Assembly (NCBI RefSeq): GCF_009914755.1
Contig: NC_060926.1
Strand: one strand, 5' to 3'
DNA: 64,000 nucleotides
Source of the DNA: the human T2T-CHM13v2.0 reference genome, Homo sapiens
Shown: positions 13,096-26,000 of the stretch, piece after piece
How positions within the stretch are numbered: the stretch's first letter is position 1
How the letters are laid out: each line of letters opens with the position of its first letter
Made by a program: the position numbers and the translations under genes
The notes under the pieces: generated by a model
The model's input: only the letters and a program-made list of their open reading frames with translations
Databases searched by the model: none
What the model was told of the DNA's origin: nothing

Positions 13096-13699
13096 ATAGA
13101 TAATAAAATAAGATTAAATAAGTCTCAAATGGTCACTTAAATGTAATGCTCTGGGTAAAGGGCAAGAAAATTGTGATCCACATTGTGGTTCTTCAGTGAC
13201 TGTGTGCATTTCTTGGCTGATTCTCTGATGCACTCAGAAGTGGTGAGCTTGCTAGAGTATGGGGTTCCATAGACGAGAGCACCTACTGTTTGCAAACACT
13301 GTTGTACACAAAAATGAAGTACTGGTTAAGCAAAAATGAAGTTCTTGGCTAGAAAAGGGTACATAAACCAAATTAATAAGCTTTTGTGAAATACCTGCAT
13401 CACTTCTGTTACATTGTTTTGAGTGTTCAGAGAATTAATAAACAATATTATATGCATTTAATTTACTAAATACTTGTGTTTCCAATCTGTACAAGGTATA
13501 GGACAGTCAGAGGGTACAGAAATGAAAACTATAAACATCTGTGATTAGTTGTACCTCACATGTGTGGTGGCCCTGATAGCCGCAAACATTTTTATAGTAA
13601 ATATACTATTTTATCCTTATAAGAGGACTACGTGATGGGCAGGGCTGGCTATTTCATATTTTATAGATTTACAGACAAAGGCCTGGAAACATAAAGTGG

Positions 13700-14029
13700 T
13701 TATTACAGGCTGCATTGTACCCCCCAGACCCCCATTCCTGGGACTTGTAAATATGTTACCTTATGTGGTAAAAGGCTTTGACCATTTTGGATTATTCAGG
13801 TAGACTTATTAAAATCATAGGGTCTTTTTAAGGAAGGAAGAACAGAGCTAGGGTGAGAGAAGGATGATGGAAGCAGTGGTTAAAGTGCAATGCTTTGAAA
13901 ATGGAAACAGGGGCCACTAGCCAAGCAATGCAGATGGCCTCTAGCTGCTGGAAGAGGCAAGGAAACAGACCCTCCCCTATAGCTTCCAGAAGGCAATGCA
14001 GCCATGCTGACACCTTGATTTTAGCCTGT
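13700..14029 (+). mobile_element. MLT1D-like MaLR LTR, interrupted or truncated by MLT1B
   Basis: gtaaatatgttaccttatgtggtaaaagg...gaagaggcaaggaaacaga...ctgacaccttgattttagcc. Confidence 0.7.
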
Positions 14030-14421
14030 GTTACTGGCTGAATTATGTCCCCTCCCACCAACTCATGGGTTGAAATCCTAACCCCCAGTACCTCTGAATG
14101 TGGCTGTATTTGGAGACAGTGTCTTTAAAGAGATAATTAAGGTTAAATGGGGTCATTAGGGTGGGCCCTAATCCAATATGCATGGTATCCTTATAAGAAG
14201 AAGAAACGTGGACACAGACATGTACAGAGCGATGCCCATGTGAAGGCACGATGAGAAGGTGGCCATCTCCAAGCCAAGGAGAGAGTCCTCAGAATGAAAT
14301 CAGACCTGTCAACACCTTGATCTTGGACTTCCAGCCTCCAGGACTCTGAGAAGATAAATTTCTGTTGCTTAAGCCATCCATCTGTGGTACTTGGTTATGG
14401 AAGTCTGAGCAAATTAATGCA
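14030..14421 (+). mobile_element. MLT1B solo LTR
   Basis: tgttactggctgaattatgtcccc...aatcctaacccccagtacctc...gcaaattaatgca. Confidence 0.85.
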
Positions 14422-15346
14422 GTGGTGTGCCCTAGCTACTTCAGGTCATTAGAGGCAGAGTTGAGAATGGATCCAGGAGTTGCGTCTCCTAGTGCTTCTC
14501 CTGCTGCCTAAACTACTCTCCCTCCTGCTGGACTCTGGTGCAATGGTTACAAATTGCTTGTATTGTAATGCGAGCCTCCATCAATCTCCAGCTGTGCAAT
14601 CTTGGAAACATTACTTACACTTTCTGTGCGTGGTGAGGACTACAGCATGTACTACCTGTTTAGTGACTCTCTGATATTGTTTCTGGTTTCTGTATTCCAG
14701 ATGGAAAGAGGATGAATGTTTTACAGCAAAATTCCTGAGAGCCTTTCCCTAAATGTTGATCACTTAATAAAATAAAGAGAATAGAATGGAGGAATGAGGT
14801 ATAAGATCTTGAATGTACAAACTGCACACGAGGGACAGCGTTTCTTTTCTAGTGTAAACTGTTAAATTTTGCAGCAAATCTCTCTCCTATATGAGCTATA
14901 GAATCTATAATTGTTTGCAGGGGTGGAAACCATTATGCATCAATGTCACTGTCATCAAATAAAATGTAAGTGCCTACAGAGACACAGTGTGGTCTAAGGA
15001 GTTTTGCAAAGAACCCATAATTGGTATCCTGCTGTTCAAATCATCGAGAAAGTAGGAGCTTGGGGCAGGAGCTCCTGGCTGCAGATTTTATACATGATTC
15101 TCACGAACCTTGAAATGTCAGACCAAGGCCATGCTCCCCCCTCCCCTATCCAGCAAATTCCTGAGGGCTGTTCTTCCTCTGTCATGGACAATCAGTGCTG
15201 TGCGAGGATGTTCTCACATCCTAGAAAGCCTGAGGTAGTTTCTTACAGCCAATATGAATCTGTGATTTTAGCTCCAGAACCCAGAGTGGCAAGCCCAGGG
15301 AGGCAGAAGATGATCCAGGCACCTGCCTGTGCAGCTCAGGAAGTGA

Positions 15347-15995
<649 letters not shown>

Positions 15996-16934
15996 TGAGA
16001 TAAATCTCAGTTCTCATTGTAGTGAGACCCTGAAGATACTGGTACACAGGCCCATGGACCCTACTCAGCTGTTCTGACAAACCATCAAAACCAGCTGTGT
16101 GGAGCTCTGTGTCACTGAATGCCAGAGCATGTTAGGGCTAAATTCTGAAAAATCCTGGATCAGAAAATACGTATCTTAGAATAAAAGAACACAACATACT
16201 CTTTAGCTCTGTCTTCTGATAACTTTCATTTTTTGTCTTATTTAACTAAAGACAGGTTATAATCAAGCCTAATCTTTTTCTCACACAATTAAAACAAAAA
16301 TTCCCCAGGATAGCTTCCTGAGCCCAGCCTGCACACCTGCAGACCACTGGTAGTCATACAAGGCCCCGAGTGCCAGGCCAAGTGTTGCTGTTGCATTTAA
16401 ATCATGGTGCTTACTCATGGCTCGTGCTAGGTCTTAACTCTTCATGTTCTCATTCATTCCTTTGTTAATGCATGTTTTAAGTATGATTTACTTTAAGCCA
16501 CATGCTAAGCATTCAAAAATTAATGAGCGAGAGGTCCCTTCTGCAAAGAGGTTTACAGTGTAGTGAAAAAATAATGGTACTATTATGATTGGTTAGCAGT
16601 CTACGATATGCCTTCACAAGTGTTTTATTTACGTAAAGGTTTCTCAAAAATGCTGAAATCTATGGCTATGAGCCCAATAGTAGCCTCATACTCCCTCAGG
16701 GCTATGGAGAGCTTCTTCCTGCTTAGCCCACCTCCTCCTGGGCATCGATGGTAAAATCACAGATCAATTATAAAAGTACCTCTTAGGAAGAGCTAGCAGG
16801 CAGCCCCAAGTATGTCTCTGAGAGTTCAGTCCAGAGTCCAGAACCCCCAGTAGGACTATTCAAAGTACAGTACCTGGGCCACTGGCTACTGCTACAGTAT
16901 TGGCTTCCAGACTGCATATGGTGAGTATGCAGAG

Positions 16935-17100
16935 AGATGGGAAGAGGGAGGACTGATAAGAGGAGAGAGAAAGAGAGGAAAAGGGAGGAACAGGGAATAA
17001 GGGAGTCAAGAGTAAGTAAAGAGAGAAGGAGAAGAATGCTCAAGTGAGGGAAGGACTGGGAGTGGGAGAAAGAGGAGGAGAGGAGGAGAAAGCAAAGGTA
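16935..17100. repeat. GA-rich low-complexity tract
   Basis: Strong purine skew; it explains the Leu/Ser-rich ORF 16783..17112. Confidence 0.7.
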
Positions 17101-17384
17101 AGAATCCAGCATGGCCTTGTAGCCTCCAATGAGGTTATATGTTTATTTTTCAGTAGTTCCTATCACAGGTACATAGTAACAATCTCTGTACTGTATGAAT
17201 ACTACTCATCCATAATTTATAAATACTATTTTATTTAATGGGATAATATAGGTGAAGTCTTATCTGAGGATAGAACTTCTTAATGTAATGAGCATTGCAT
17301 TATGTATGAAGGATTTAAGATGATACCCATAAGGCTTTAGCAAGAACATTTTTGAAATAAGAGTTCCTTCGTGTTTGACATGGA

Positions 17385-17770
17385 TTCACTCACTCATCTA
17401 ACCAAGCAAACTTTTTAAAGTGGCAGTCACTGGAGAAATAAAGATATTAAGACACAGCCCTGCATTCTAGGGGCTCCTAGTCTAGTGGTGGGAAAGACAA
17501 GCAAACAGATCATTATGCTTCAGTGTGAAAGTGCTAAGGGTTTGAAGCCCAGAGTCCTTTGGGATGCACAGGGGAGGCAGAGATGCCTAAGCTGAGACAT
17601 GGAGGTCCATTGTCATGATCTAGGTGAACATTGCAAGGGATCAGCATGTGCAAAAGCCAGGTAGCAGTGTCTATTTTGGGAGCTGCCAACAGAGTAGAAG
17701 GTGAGGAAGGGTGCATGCAGGAGATGAAATCAGAGAGCAAAATATGGAACAAGAAGACAAGAGGCTTTGT
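17385..17770 (-). mobile_element. L2 fragment
   Basis: ttcactcactcatc...agacacagccctgcattctaggggctcctagtctagtgg...agcatgtgcaaaagcc. Confidence 0.6.
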
Positions 17771-18640
17771 AGGCTGCTGTCTTCTGGGAGTTCTCTCCTG
17801 CTGAAAGCCTCTGCAAAAATACTTACACTTAGTTTTTTTTTCTTAGAGGTACCTGATCTCCTGCTTCTCTTTTCCTTCCCTCTCTTCCTTCTTTCCTTGT
17901 AGCTTTCTTTTAATCTCATGTGCTCCAGAAAAAATTAATCATAAAGGTGGCCTTTGTAACCATCAACATAATGGGTACTGCAGTTGGAAGTTAGAAGCTC
18001 CAATTCCATTTGATTGTTTTTTTTTTGGCCCCAGCAGGTCCTTTCTTCTCTTTGGGCCTCAGTTTCCCTATATCTAATACATGGGAGGGAGGGGTTGATA
18101 AGTTTGTTTAAATTGTCCTTTCAGACTGAAATATTCTCTATTTTGCTCGTCAGAACTTAGATTTGCATAAGAAAGACCTAATTAGTTCTTAGAGTGTTGG
18201 GAGAGGGTTTGTTGAACAATTATTAATTTTTGAGGGAGGCACATTTTTATTTTCAGTCTCATCAACAATAGATTGGTGCTGGAAGGAGAGGCCTGTCACT
18301 GTTTTCCTGCTGGTGGTGCCTTGCAGGTCTAGTGTGTGTCCTGAACTCTACATCTACGTCAGAACATCTCCAATCCAGCCTCGGAGCTTGAAAACAGCCT
18401 CTAAGGACTGGGGAGTTGAGTTTCTCCATTATATTTTGGCTCTTTTAAGTTTAATATTTCTGCAAACTTTTCCCTTGGTTATTTCTAAATAACTATTGTT
18501 AATTTTAGCCATTTACTGGTTGCCTACTATACACCATTTACCTGTCATCTTTGAATATATTACTTGCTTATTCTATGCAAAAAGTACATTGAAGTGTGTA
18601 TTATCACCATAGTTTTGTAAATGAGGAAAATAGAGTTCCT

Positions 18641-18812
18641 CTTTTAAAAAAATTTTTTTTTATGAGACAAGGTCTCACTCTGCCATCCAGGCTGGAGTAA
18701 AGTGGTACAGAATCCTAGCTCACTGCAGTCTTCAACTCCTGGAATCGAGAGATCCCCCTGCTCCAGCCTCTAGAGTAGCTGGGAATATAGGTGTGAGCCA
18801 CCATGCCCAGCA
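18641..18812 (-). mobile_element. Alu monomer (FRAM/FAM-like) inserted in a MIR (about 18520-18910)
   Basis: Single reverse Alu arm; TSD aaaata(g/c)agttc at 18627-18638 and 18813-18824; MIR motifs on both sides. Confidence 0.8.
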
Positions 18813-19658
18813 AAAATACAGTTCTTCAAAGAGGTGAGGTCACTGGATTGTAAAGAAATAATTCAGAATTTGAAACCAAATCATGTGACCCAATCGTTTG
18901 TCCTTTCCACTCTGCAGCACGTCTCCCCAAGCAGACCCTAGAACCCACACGTCTTCCTCTGTTGTGCTGCCTCGTGCTGGGCCCCAGGGATCAACAGCTC
19001 AGCAGCAGATGGGGCATTCTTAGGTGGTGTTCTTGCCTCCCCCTGTGAGATCCAGACCCCCAGAATCTCACTGTATGTCCCAGGCCCTCAAGAATTAGTT
19101 ATTATTCATTGATAATTTAATCTTCACAATAATTTTATGAAGCAAATATCATTGATTCCATTGTACATGTGAAGAAACTAAAGCCTACCAATGCATCCCA
19201 GGCCTCACAGTTAAAGTAGTCATTGATTTAGACTCACTTCTGTCCAACTATAAAATCTGGGTTACTCCAGTCTATATATTGACTCAGTAAAGACATTTTG
19301 AATTAAAAGGTAAGATAAACACAGCCCTTACTAGAGGAGCAGCCATCTCACTGTGGCTTTCTGCTTCCTGCGCTAAGTCAAGGCTGTTGCATTTAGGGCA
19401 GGGCCCGTTTGAACCCTGGGATCTAGGCAGGGCTGTCCTCACACCTCTGTGGGCCATTGGTCACCCTCTTGGACTGCAGAGTGTCCTTCCCATGGTCAGT
19501 TCCACATGGCCACTGAGAGCTTTGGATAAAAGCTCTCAGTGAAAGCTGAAAACTGAAAGCCCAAAGATAAATCAAACGTGAGCAAAAGGCCCTACAGAGA
19601 CCCTGAAGTAGAGTGTTTGGAGCCAGGGAGCAAGGTAGAGGCTGAGGCAGGAAACTAG

Positions 19659-19720
19659 TGTTAAAGGAAAAATTATCTTGACACTTTTTAAAATGGTAAG
19701 GAAAGCTTTATTCAGGATTA
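19659..19720 (-). mobile_element. MER31-like LTR 3'-terminal fragment
   Basis: Reverse complement of the MER31-type end at 21178-21236 (tgttaaag...attatcttgacac...tttattcag). Confidence 0.65.
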
Positions 19721-19739
19721 TCTTTTAATAAGCAGAGAA

Positions 19740-20162
19740 GTCGTTCTGGCCAGCCCATGGAGCATGTACAGTAAGGGGTTTTGTGTCCTCTGCTTATCCT
19801 TTTGATATTGGACAGCCAAAGACTCCACCCTCAGATCATGCTAATGCAGCCTTTTTTTATTTTATTTTATTTTTTTGTACAGGGAACCTGTGAATGGGCA
19901 TGAAGCTCTTATGTACATCTTTCTCCTTTCATAAATATTCATGACTTATCCTGCAGCTTATGAAATATGTATATTTGGCCACCTTGCGCAGCATAAATTT
20001 CTGTTCCCTTTGCCCCTCCTTTGAAGTGCCTGTTTCTGGCTTCTGGCTGGAGGCTAAACTTCCCAGCCGGTCAGAATGGCCAACCTGAAGGCTGCAAATC
20101 CTTTCTGAGAAATAAAGCTCCCCTTTCCAAATTTCTGAAACCTGTTATTCTTCAATTTATAT
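19740..20162 (+). mobile_element. MER39-like ERV1 LTR
   Basis: gactccaccctcagatcatgctaatgc...cataaatattcatgact...agaaataaagctcccctttccaaattt. Confidence 0.7.
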
Positions 20163-20419
20163 CAAGTTAAAAAATTGTTTTCACATATTTATCTTACTTT
20201 TATTTGACACACACAGTCTGTTGTTATGCTGATTGTGTTTTATTACAGTTACTTTACCAATAAGAAAACTTGGTCCCATAGAAGAGAATATTTTGCTTAG
20301 GGCAGCTCACAATTTAATAGTGAAAGGAATTCTTGAATACAGACACTCCAATTCCCATCCTTGTCTTTTATGCTCATGTTAAATGCTTGGGCCTCAATCA
20401 CCTGTCCCTTGTTCAGTAA

Positions 20420-21236
20420 TGAGGGCTCTCTTTTCAACCAAACTTTATCAGGCCCCTCTGAACTCTCCTCTTAGCCTCGTCCTTGGGCTTCTGTGTCTAC
20501 TCTTGAAGAGTTCAGTTTAGCAAGAATCCTGCTAAGTTAGTTTAGAGAGAATCCTTCTACTCTTAAGATGTGATTACCCTGGCCTGCTGTATTAGTCCAT
20601 TCTTGCATTGCTATAAAGAAATATCTGAGACTGGGTAATTTATAAGGAAAACAGGTTTAATTGGCTCATGGTTGTGCAGGCTATGCAGGAAGCATGACGC
20701 TGACATCAGCTTAGCTTTTGGAGAGGCCTCAAAAAACTTATGGCAAAAGGTGAATGAAGAGTAGGCACATCTTACATGGCAGGAGCAAGAGAGAGTGCAG
20801 GAGGAGGTGAGATGCTACACACTTTTAAGCCATCAGATCTCACAAGAACTCACTCATTTTCACAAGTGCAGTACTAAGGGGGACGGTGTTAAACCATCCA
20901 TGAGGAATTCACCCTCACGGTCCACTCACCTCCCACCAGGCCCCACCTCCAATATCGGGGATTACAGTTAAACATGAGATTTAGGTGGGAACACATATCC
21001 AAACAATATTACCTGCCCTCAGCAAGAATCCTGTTAGGTCAGTTTAGCAAGAACCCCTGCTCTTGATGTCTTCTCTTAGTAATTGTCCATCCGACTCCCT
21101 CCAATCTGCTTCTTGGCTGCACATTCCCACTTGTTGTAATGGGGTTGAGCCTCATTTCTCTCCTTATTAAAAGATAGTCCTGAATAGCATCTTCCTTATC
21201 ATTTTAACAAGTGTCAAGATAATTTTTTCTTTAACA
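20420..21236 (+). mobile_element. MER31-like ERV1 LTR split by an MST LTR
   Basis: Repeated cagtttagcaagaatcc motifs flank the MST; ends ...gtgtcaagataattttttctttaaca. Confidence 0.75.
20588..21011 (-). mobile_element. MSTB-like MaLR solo LTR with TSD CCTGC
   Basis: tgtattagtccattcttgcattgctataaagaaata...acatatccaaacaatatta; CCTGC at 20583-20587 and 21012-21016. Confidence 0.88.
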
Positions 21237-21655
21237 CATCTCCTTACTCAGTCTTCCTGAAGAAATGCTGGTTAGTTGTGCTGAAACTGCTAAAAGGAAA
21301 GGCAGCTTCAGGTGGTTGGTTAATATCAGTGGGTGGTCTTTTGAAATGGTTGATGTATTAGTCTGTTCTCATGCTACTATGAAGAAATACCTGAGACTGA
21401 GTAATTCATAAAGAAAAGAAGTTTAATTGACTCACAGTTCTGCATGGCTGGGGAGACCTGAGGCAACTCACAATCACAGCGGAAGGGGAAGCAAACATGT
21501 CCTTCTTCCCATGGTGGCAGGAGAGAGAAGTGCTGAGCAAAGGGAGAAAAGCCCCTTATAAAACCATCAGATCTCATGAGAACTCACTCACTATCATGAG
21601 AACAGCATGAGGGTAACCACCTCCATGATCCAATTACCTCTCACAAGGTCCCTCC

Positions 21656-22088
21656 TTTCATGCAGTCTGTGTGAAGAGACCACCAAACAGGCTTTGTGTG
21701 AGAAATAAAGCTGTTTATTTCACCTGGGTGCAGGTGGGCTGAGTCCCAAAAGAGAGTCAGCGAAGGGAGATAGGGGTGGGGCCATTTTATAGGATTTGGG
21801 AAGGTAATGGAAAATTACAGCCAAAGGGGGTTGTTCTCTGGTGGGCAGGTGCGGGGGTCACAAGGTGCTCAGTGGGGGAGCTTCTGAGCCAGGAGAAGGA
21901 AATTCACAGGGTTAATCACTCAGTTAAGGTGGGGCAAGAACAAATCACAGTGGTGGAATGTCATCAGTTAAGGCGGGGCAGGGCCTTTTCACTTCTTTTG
22001 TGATTCTTCAGTTACTTCAGGCCATCTGGGCCTATATGTGCAAGTCACAGGGGATGCGATGGCTTGGCTTGGGCTCAGAGGCCTGACA
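21656..22088 (-). repeat. HERV-H 3' LTR (LTR7), 433 bp
   Basis: Minus strand reads TGTCAGGCCTCTGAGCCCAAG...CATGAAA; AATAAA on the minus strand at 21714-21719. Confidence 0.97.
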
Positions 22089-22100
22089 TTCCTGCCTTCT
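22089..22100 (-). other. Polypurine tract of HERV-H
   Basis: AGAAGGCAGGAA on the minus strand immediately 5' of the 3' LTR. Confidence 0.85.
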
Positions 22101-22639
22101 TATATTAATAAGAAAAATAAAACAAAATAGTGTTGAAGTGTTGGGGCGGCGAAAATTTTTGGGGGGTGGTGCGGAGAGAGAATGGGCGATGTTTCTCAGG
22201 GCTGCTTCAAGCGGGATTAGGGGCGGCGTGGGAACCTAGAGTGGGAGAGATTAAGCTGAAGGGAGGTCTTGTGGTAAGGGGTGATATTGTGGGGTTGTTA
22301 GAAGAAACATTTGTCGTATAGAATGATTGGTGATGGCCTGGATACGGTTTTGTATGAATTGAAAAACTAAATGGAATAAGAGAAGGAGAAAAACAGGTAT
22401 AAAAGGTCTAAGAATTGGGAGGACCTAGGACATCTGATTAGAGAGTGCTTAGGAGATTCAGCATAGTCCTGCCAGCAAAGATTATTTATTTACTTCAAGA
22501 GTTTACAGTGGCAGTTTGGGGATAGCACCAGGAGATATCAGCTGTGATGGCTTGGAGAAACAGTGTAAACCGGCAGTGTAAACAAGAGTAGGGCATGTAT
22601 GAGTAGTTGAGAACGGTGAATAGGAGTATGACTAGACAA

Positions 22640-23200
22640 AAGATAGTAGGGATGACAAGTTTTTTTGGGGCACAGTCTAAGTTGGTCTGGTGTCGAATGA
22701 GACTGGGGCCTAATAAAAAGGAGCGTCTATACAGGAGCTTAAATGGGTTGTACCTTGTAGCATTCTGCGGACAGGCCTGAATTCTGAGAAGCGAAAGTGG
22801 TAAAAGTATTGTCTAGTCCTTTTTAAGTTGGTGGCTGAGCTTGGTAAGGTGTGTTTTTAAAAGACCTTTAGTCCGTTCTACTTTTCTTGAAGACGGAGGA
22901 CCGTAAGGGATATAAAGGTTTCACTGAATACTAAGAGCCTGAAAAACTGCTTGGCTGATTTGACTAATAAAGGCTGGTCTGTTATCAGACTGTATAGAGG
23001 TGGGAAGGCTAAACTGAGGAATTATGTCTGACAGGAGGGAAGAAATGACTGTGGTGGCCTTCTCAGACCCTGTAGGAAAGGCCTTTACGTATTCAGTGAA
23101 AGTGTCTATTTAGACTAAGAGGTATTTTAGTTTCCTGACTCAGGACATGTTGAGTAAAGCTAATTTGCCAGTCCTGGGTTGGGGCAAATCCTCGAGCTTG
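22640..23200 (-). pseudogene. pol: HERV-H integrase remnant
   Basis: Minus translation near 22850-22920 gives NLYIPYGPPSSRKVERTKGLLKTH, a degenerate PYxPQSSGxVERxN motif. Confidence 0.8.
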
Positions 23201-23934
23201 ATGTGTAGGGAAGGTAGGGGGCCTGAATAATCCCTGAGGAGTAGTAGAATAGCAGATGGAACACTGAGAAGTTATTTCCTTGAGGATAGATTTCCACTAT
23301 GGAAAGGAAATGAGAGGTTCTGAGAGGCAGGCTAGTGGCTTGTACTATAGCATAGCCTGCCTTTGCTGGTGTGTGGCGATTAGGCCTGGTGGAACCGCCA
23401 TCAATAAATCAAGCGTGATCAGGGTGAGGAACAGGAAAGAAGGAAATATGGGGAAATGGGATGAATATCAGGTGGATCAGAGAGATACAGTCATGGGGGT
23501 CAGGTGTGGTATCAGGAATAATGTGAGAGGCCAGATTGAAGTCCAGGCCAGGAACAATGGTAATTGTGGGACTTAAAGAGTGAGTACAGCTGAAGGAGCC
23601 GGGGAGCAGAAAGTGTATGCGTCAGGTATGAGGAAGAAAATAGATTTTGGAAGTTATGAGAAATGTAGAGAGTGAGTTGAGCATAGTTTGTGATTTTTAG
23701 GGCCTCTAACAGTATTAAAGCAGCGGCAGCCGCTGCACGCAGACATGAGGGCTAGGCTAAAACAGTAAGGTCAAGTTGTTTGGACAGAAAGGCTACAGGG
23801 TGCGGTCCTGGCTCTTGTGTAAGAATTCTGACCGCACTAACCATGTCTAGGAAGGAAAGGAGTTGTTCTTTTGTAAGGGATTGAGGTTTGGGAGATTAAT
23901 CGGACACGATCAGCAGGGAGAGCACGTGTGCTTT

Positions 23935-24462
23935 TATGAGAATTATGCCGAGATAGGTAACAGATGAGGATGAAATTTGGGCTTGACTGAAGTAATGGGG
24001 GCTGTCTGTGAAGCCTTGCGGCAGTACAGCCCAGGTAATTTGCTGAGCCTAATGGGTGTCAGGGTCAGTCTAAGTGAAAGCAAAGAGAGGCTGGGATGAA
24101 GGGTGCAAAGGAATAGTAAAGAAAGCATGTTTGAGATCTAGAACAGAATAACGGGTAGTAGAGGGAGGTATTGAGGATAGGAGAGTATATGGGTTTGGCA
24201 CTGCGGGGTGGATAGGCAAAACAATTTGGTTGATAAGGCGCAGATCCTGAACTAACTTGTAAGACTTGTCTGGTTTTAGGACAGGTAAAATAGGGGAATT
24301 GTAAGGAGAGTTTATAGGTTTTAGAAGCCCGTGCTGTAGCAGGTGAGTGATAACAGGCTTTAATCCTTTTAAAGCGTGCTGTGGGATGGGATATTGGTGT
24401 TGAGCGGGGTAAGGGTGATTAGGTTTTAATGAGATGGTAAGGGGTGCATGATCGGTCGCCAA
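23935..24462 (-). pseudogene. pol: HERV-H reverse transcriptase remnant (stop codons; YxDD region deleted)
   Basis: SPYNSPILPVLKP...LVQDLRLIN...VLDLKHAFF, then WAVLPQGFTDSPHYFSQA joined directly to QISSSSVTYLG. Confidence 0.9.
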
Positions 24463-24651
24463 GAAGGGAGTAGAGGTATCTTATACTTGCGGGTTAAGGT
24501 GGGGGAATACAAGAGGAGGACGCAAAGGAGGCTTTGGATTGGGAAGAAGGGCAGCAATGAGATGCGGCTATAGTCCGGGAATAGTCAGGGAAGCAGATAA
24601 TTTGGTTAAAATATCTCGGCCTAATAAGGGAACTGGGCAGGCGGGGATAAC

Positions 24652-24840
24652 TCAAAAGGAGTGCTTAAAAGAGTATTGTCTAAGTTGGCACCAGAGTTGG
24701 GGAGTTTTAAGAGGTTTAGAAGCCTGGCCATCAATACCCACAACAGTTATGGAGGCAAGGGAAACAGGCCCTTGAAAAGAAGGTAATGTGGAGTGGGTAG
24801 CCTCCGTATTGATTAAGAAGGGGACAGGCTTACCTTCCAC
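24652..24840 (-). pseudogene. pro: HERV-H protease remnant, active site DTGA replaced by NTEA
   Basis: ORF EGKPVPFLINTEATHSTLP...VVGIDG. Confidence 0.85.
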
Positions 24841-24999
24841 TGTGAGAGTTACCCGAAGCTCGGCGTCTGTGATGGTCTAGGGGGCTTCCGAGACGATTGG
24901 GCAGTGTCAATCTTCAGCCGCTAAGCCGAGAAGATCTGGGAAGGAGTCAGTCAGAGAGCCTCGGGCCAGAGTTCCAGGGGATCTGGGAGTGGCTGCCAG

Positions 25000-26000
25000 G
25001 TGAGTTGAACAGTCCGATTTTCAGTGGGGTCCCACACAGATGGGACGTGGCTTAGGAGGAATCCCGGGCTGCGGGCATTCCTTGGCCCAGTGGCCAGATT
25101 TCCAGCATATGTAGCAAGCTCCTGTGGGAGGAGGTTCTGGAGGAATGCCTGGCCGCTGCGGTTCAGGCGTTTGGAAGTTCTTGTGTGCTGGAGATGTGGC
25201 TGGGGTTTGTCTCACAGTGGAGGCAAGGAATTGCAACTTTTTTCTATTATTGTACACCTTGAAGGCGAGGTTAATTAAATCCTGTTGTGGGGTTTGAGGG
25301 CCGGATTTAATTTTTGGAGTTTTATTTAATGTTGGGAGCAGATTGGGTAATAAAATGCATATTGAGAATAAGACGGCCTTTTGACCTTTTAGGGTCTAGG
25401 GCTGTAAAGCGTCTCAGGGTTGCTGCCAAACGAGCCATGAACTGGGCTGGGTTTTTATATTTGATGAAAAAGAGCCTAAACGCTATCTGACTTGGGATAA
25501 AGAGAAAGGAGCATTCACCTTGACTATGCCTTTAGCTCCAGCCACCTTTTTAAGAGTAAATTGCTGGGCAGGAGGGGGAGGGCTAGTCACGGAACGAAAC
25601 TATAAGCCGGACCAGGTGTGAGGAGGGGAGATGATAAAAAGATAATAGGGTGGAGGAGCAGAGGCTGAGGAAGAATTGGGACCTAGCTCGGCCTGGCGAG
25701 GAGCAGCCTGGGGAGGAAGGGAGAGGTCAGATGGGTCTGTAGAAAAGGAAGATTAGAAAGACTCAGCAACACTTGGGTTTGGTACTGAGGGGACAGGCGG
25801 GAGGGAAAGAAGGAAGATTTGGGATGAGTTGCACTGGGCACAGAGACTAGGAAGGGACTGATGTGTAAAAGAACGCCTGGACGTCAGGCACCTCAGACCA
25901 TTTGCCTATTTTACGACAAGAATTATTTAGAACTTGCAGGATGGAAAAATTCAAAGTGCCGTTTTCTGGCTATTTGGAACTACTGTCGAGTTTGTATTGG
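25000..26000 (-). pseudogene. gag: HERV-H gag remnant with nucleocapsid zinc knuckle
   Basis: ORF 25021..25257 contains CYICWKSGHWAKEC (CX2CX4HX4C); the second knuckle is broken (RPICVGPH*). The upstream boundary is approximate. Confidence 0.85.
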
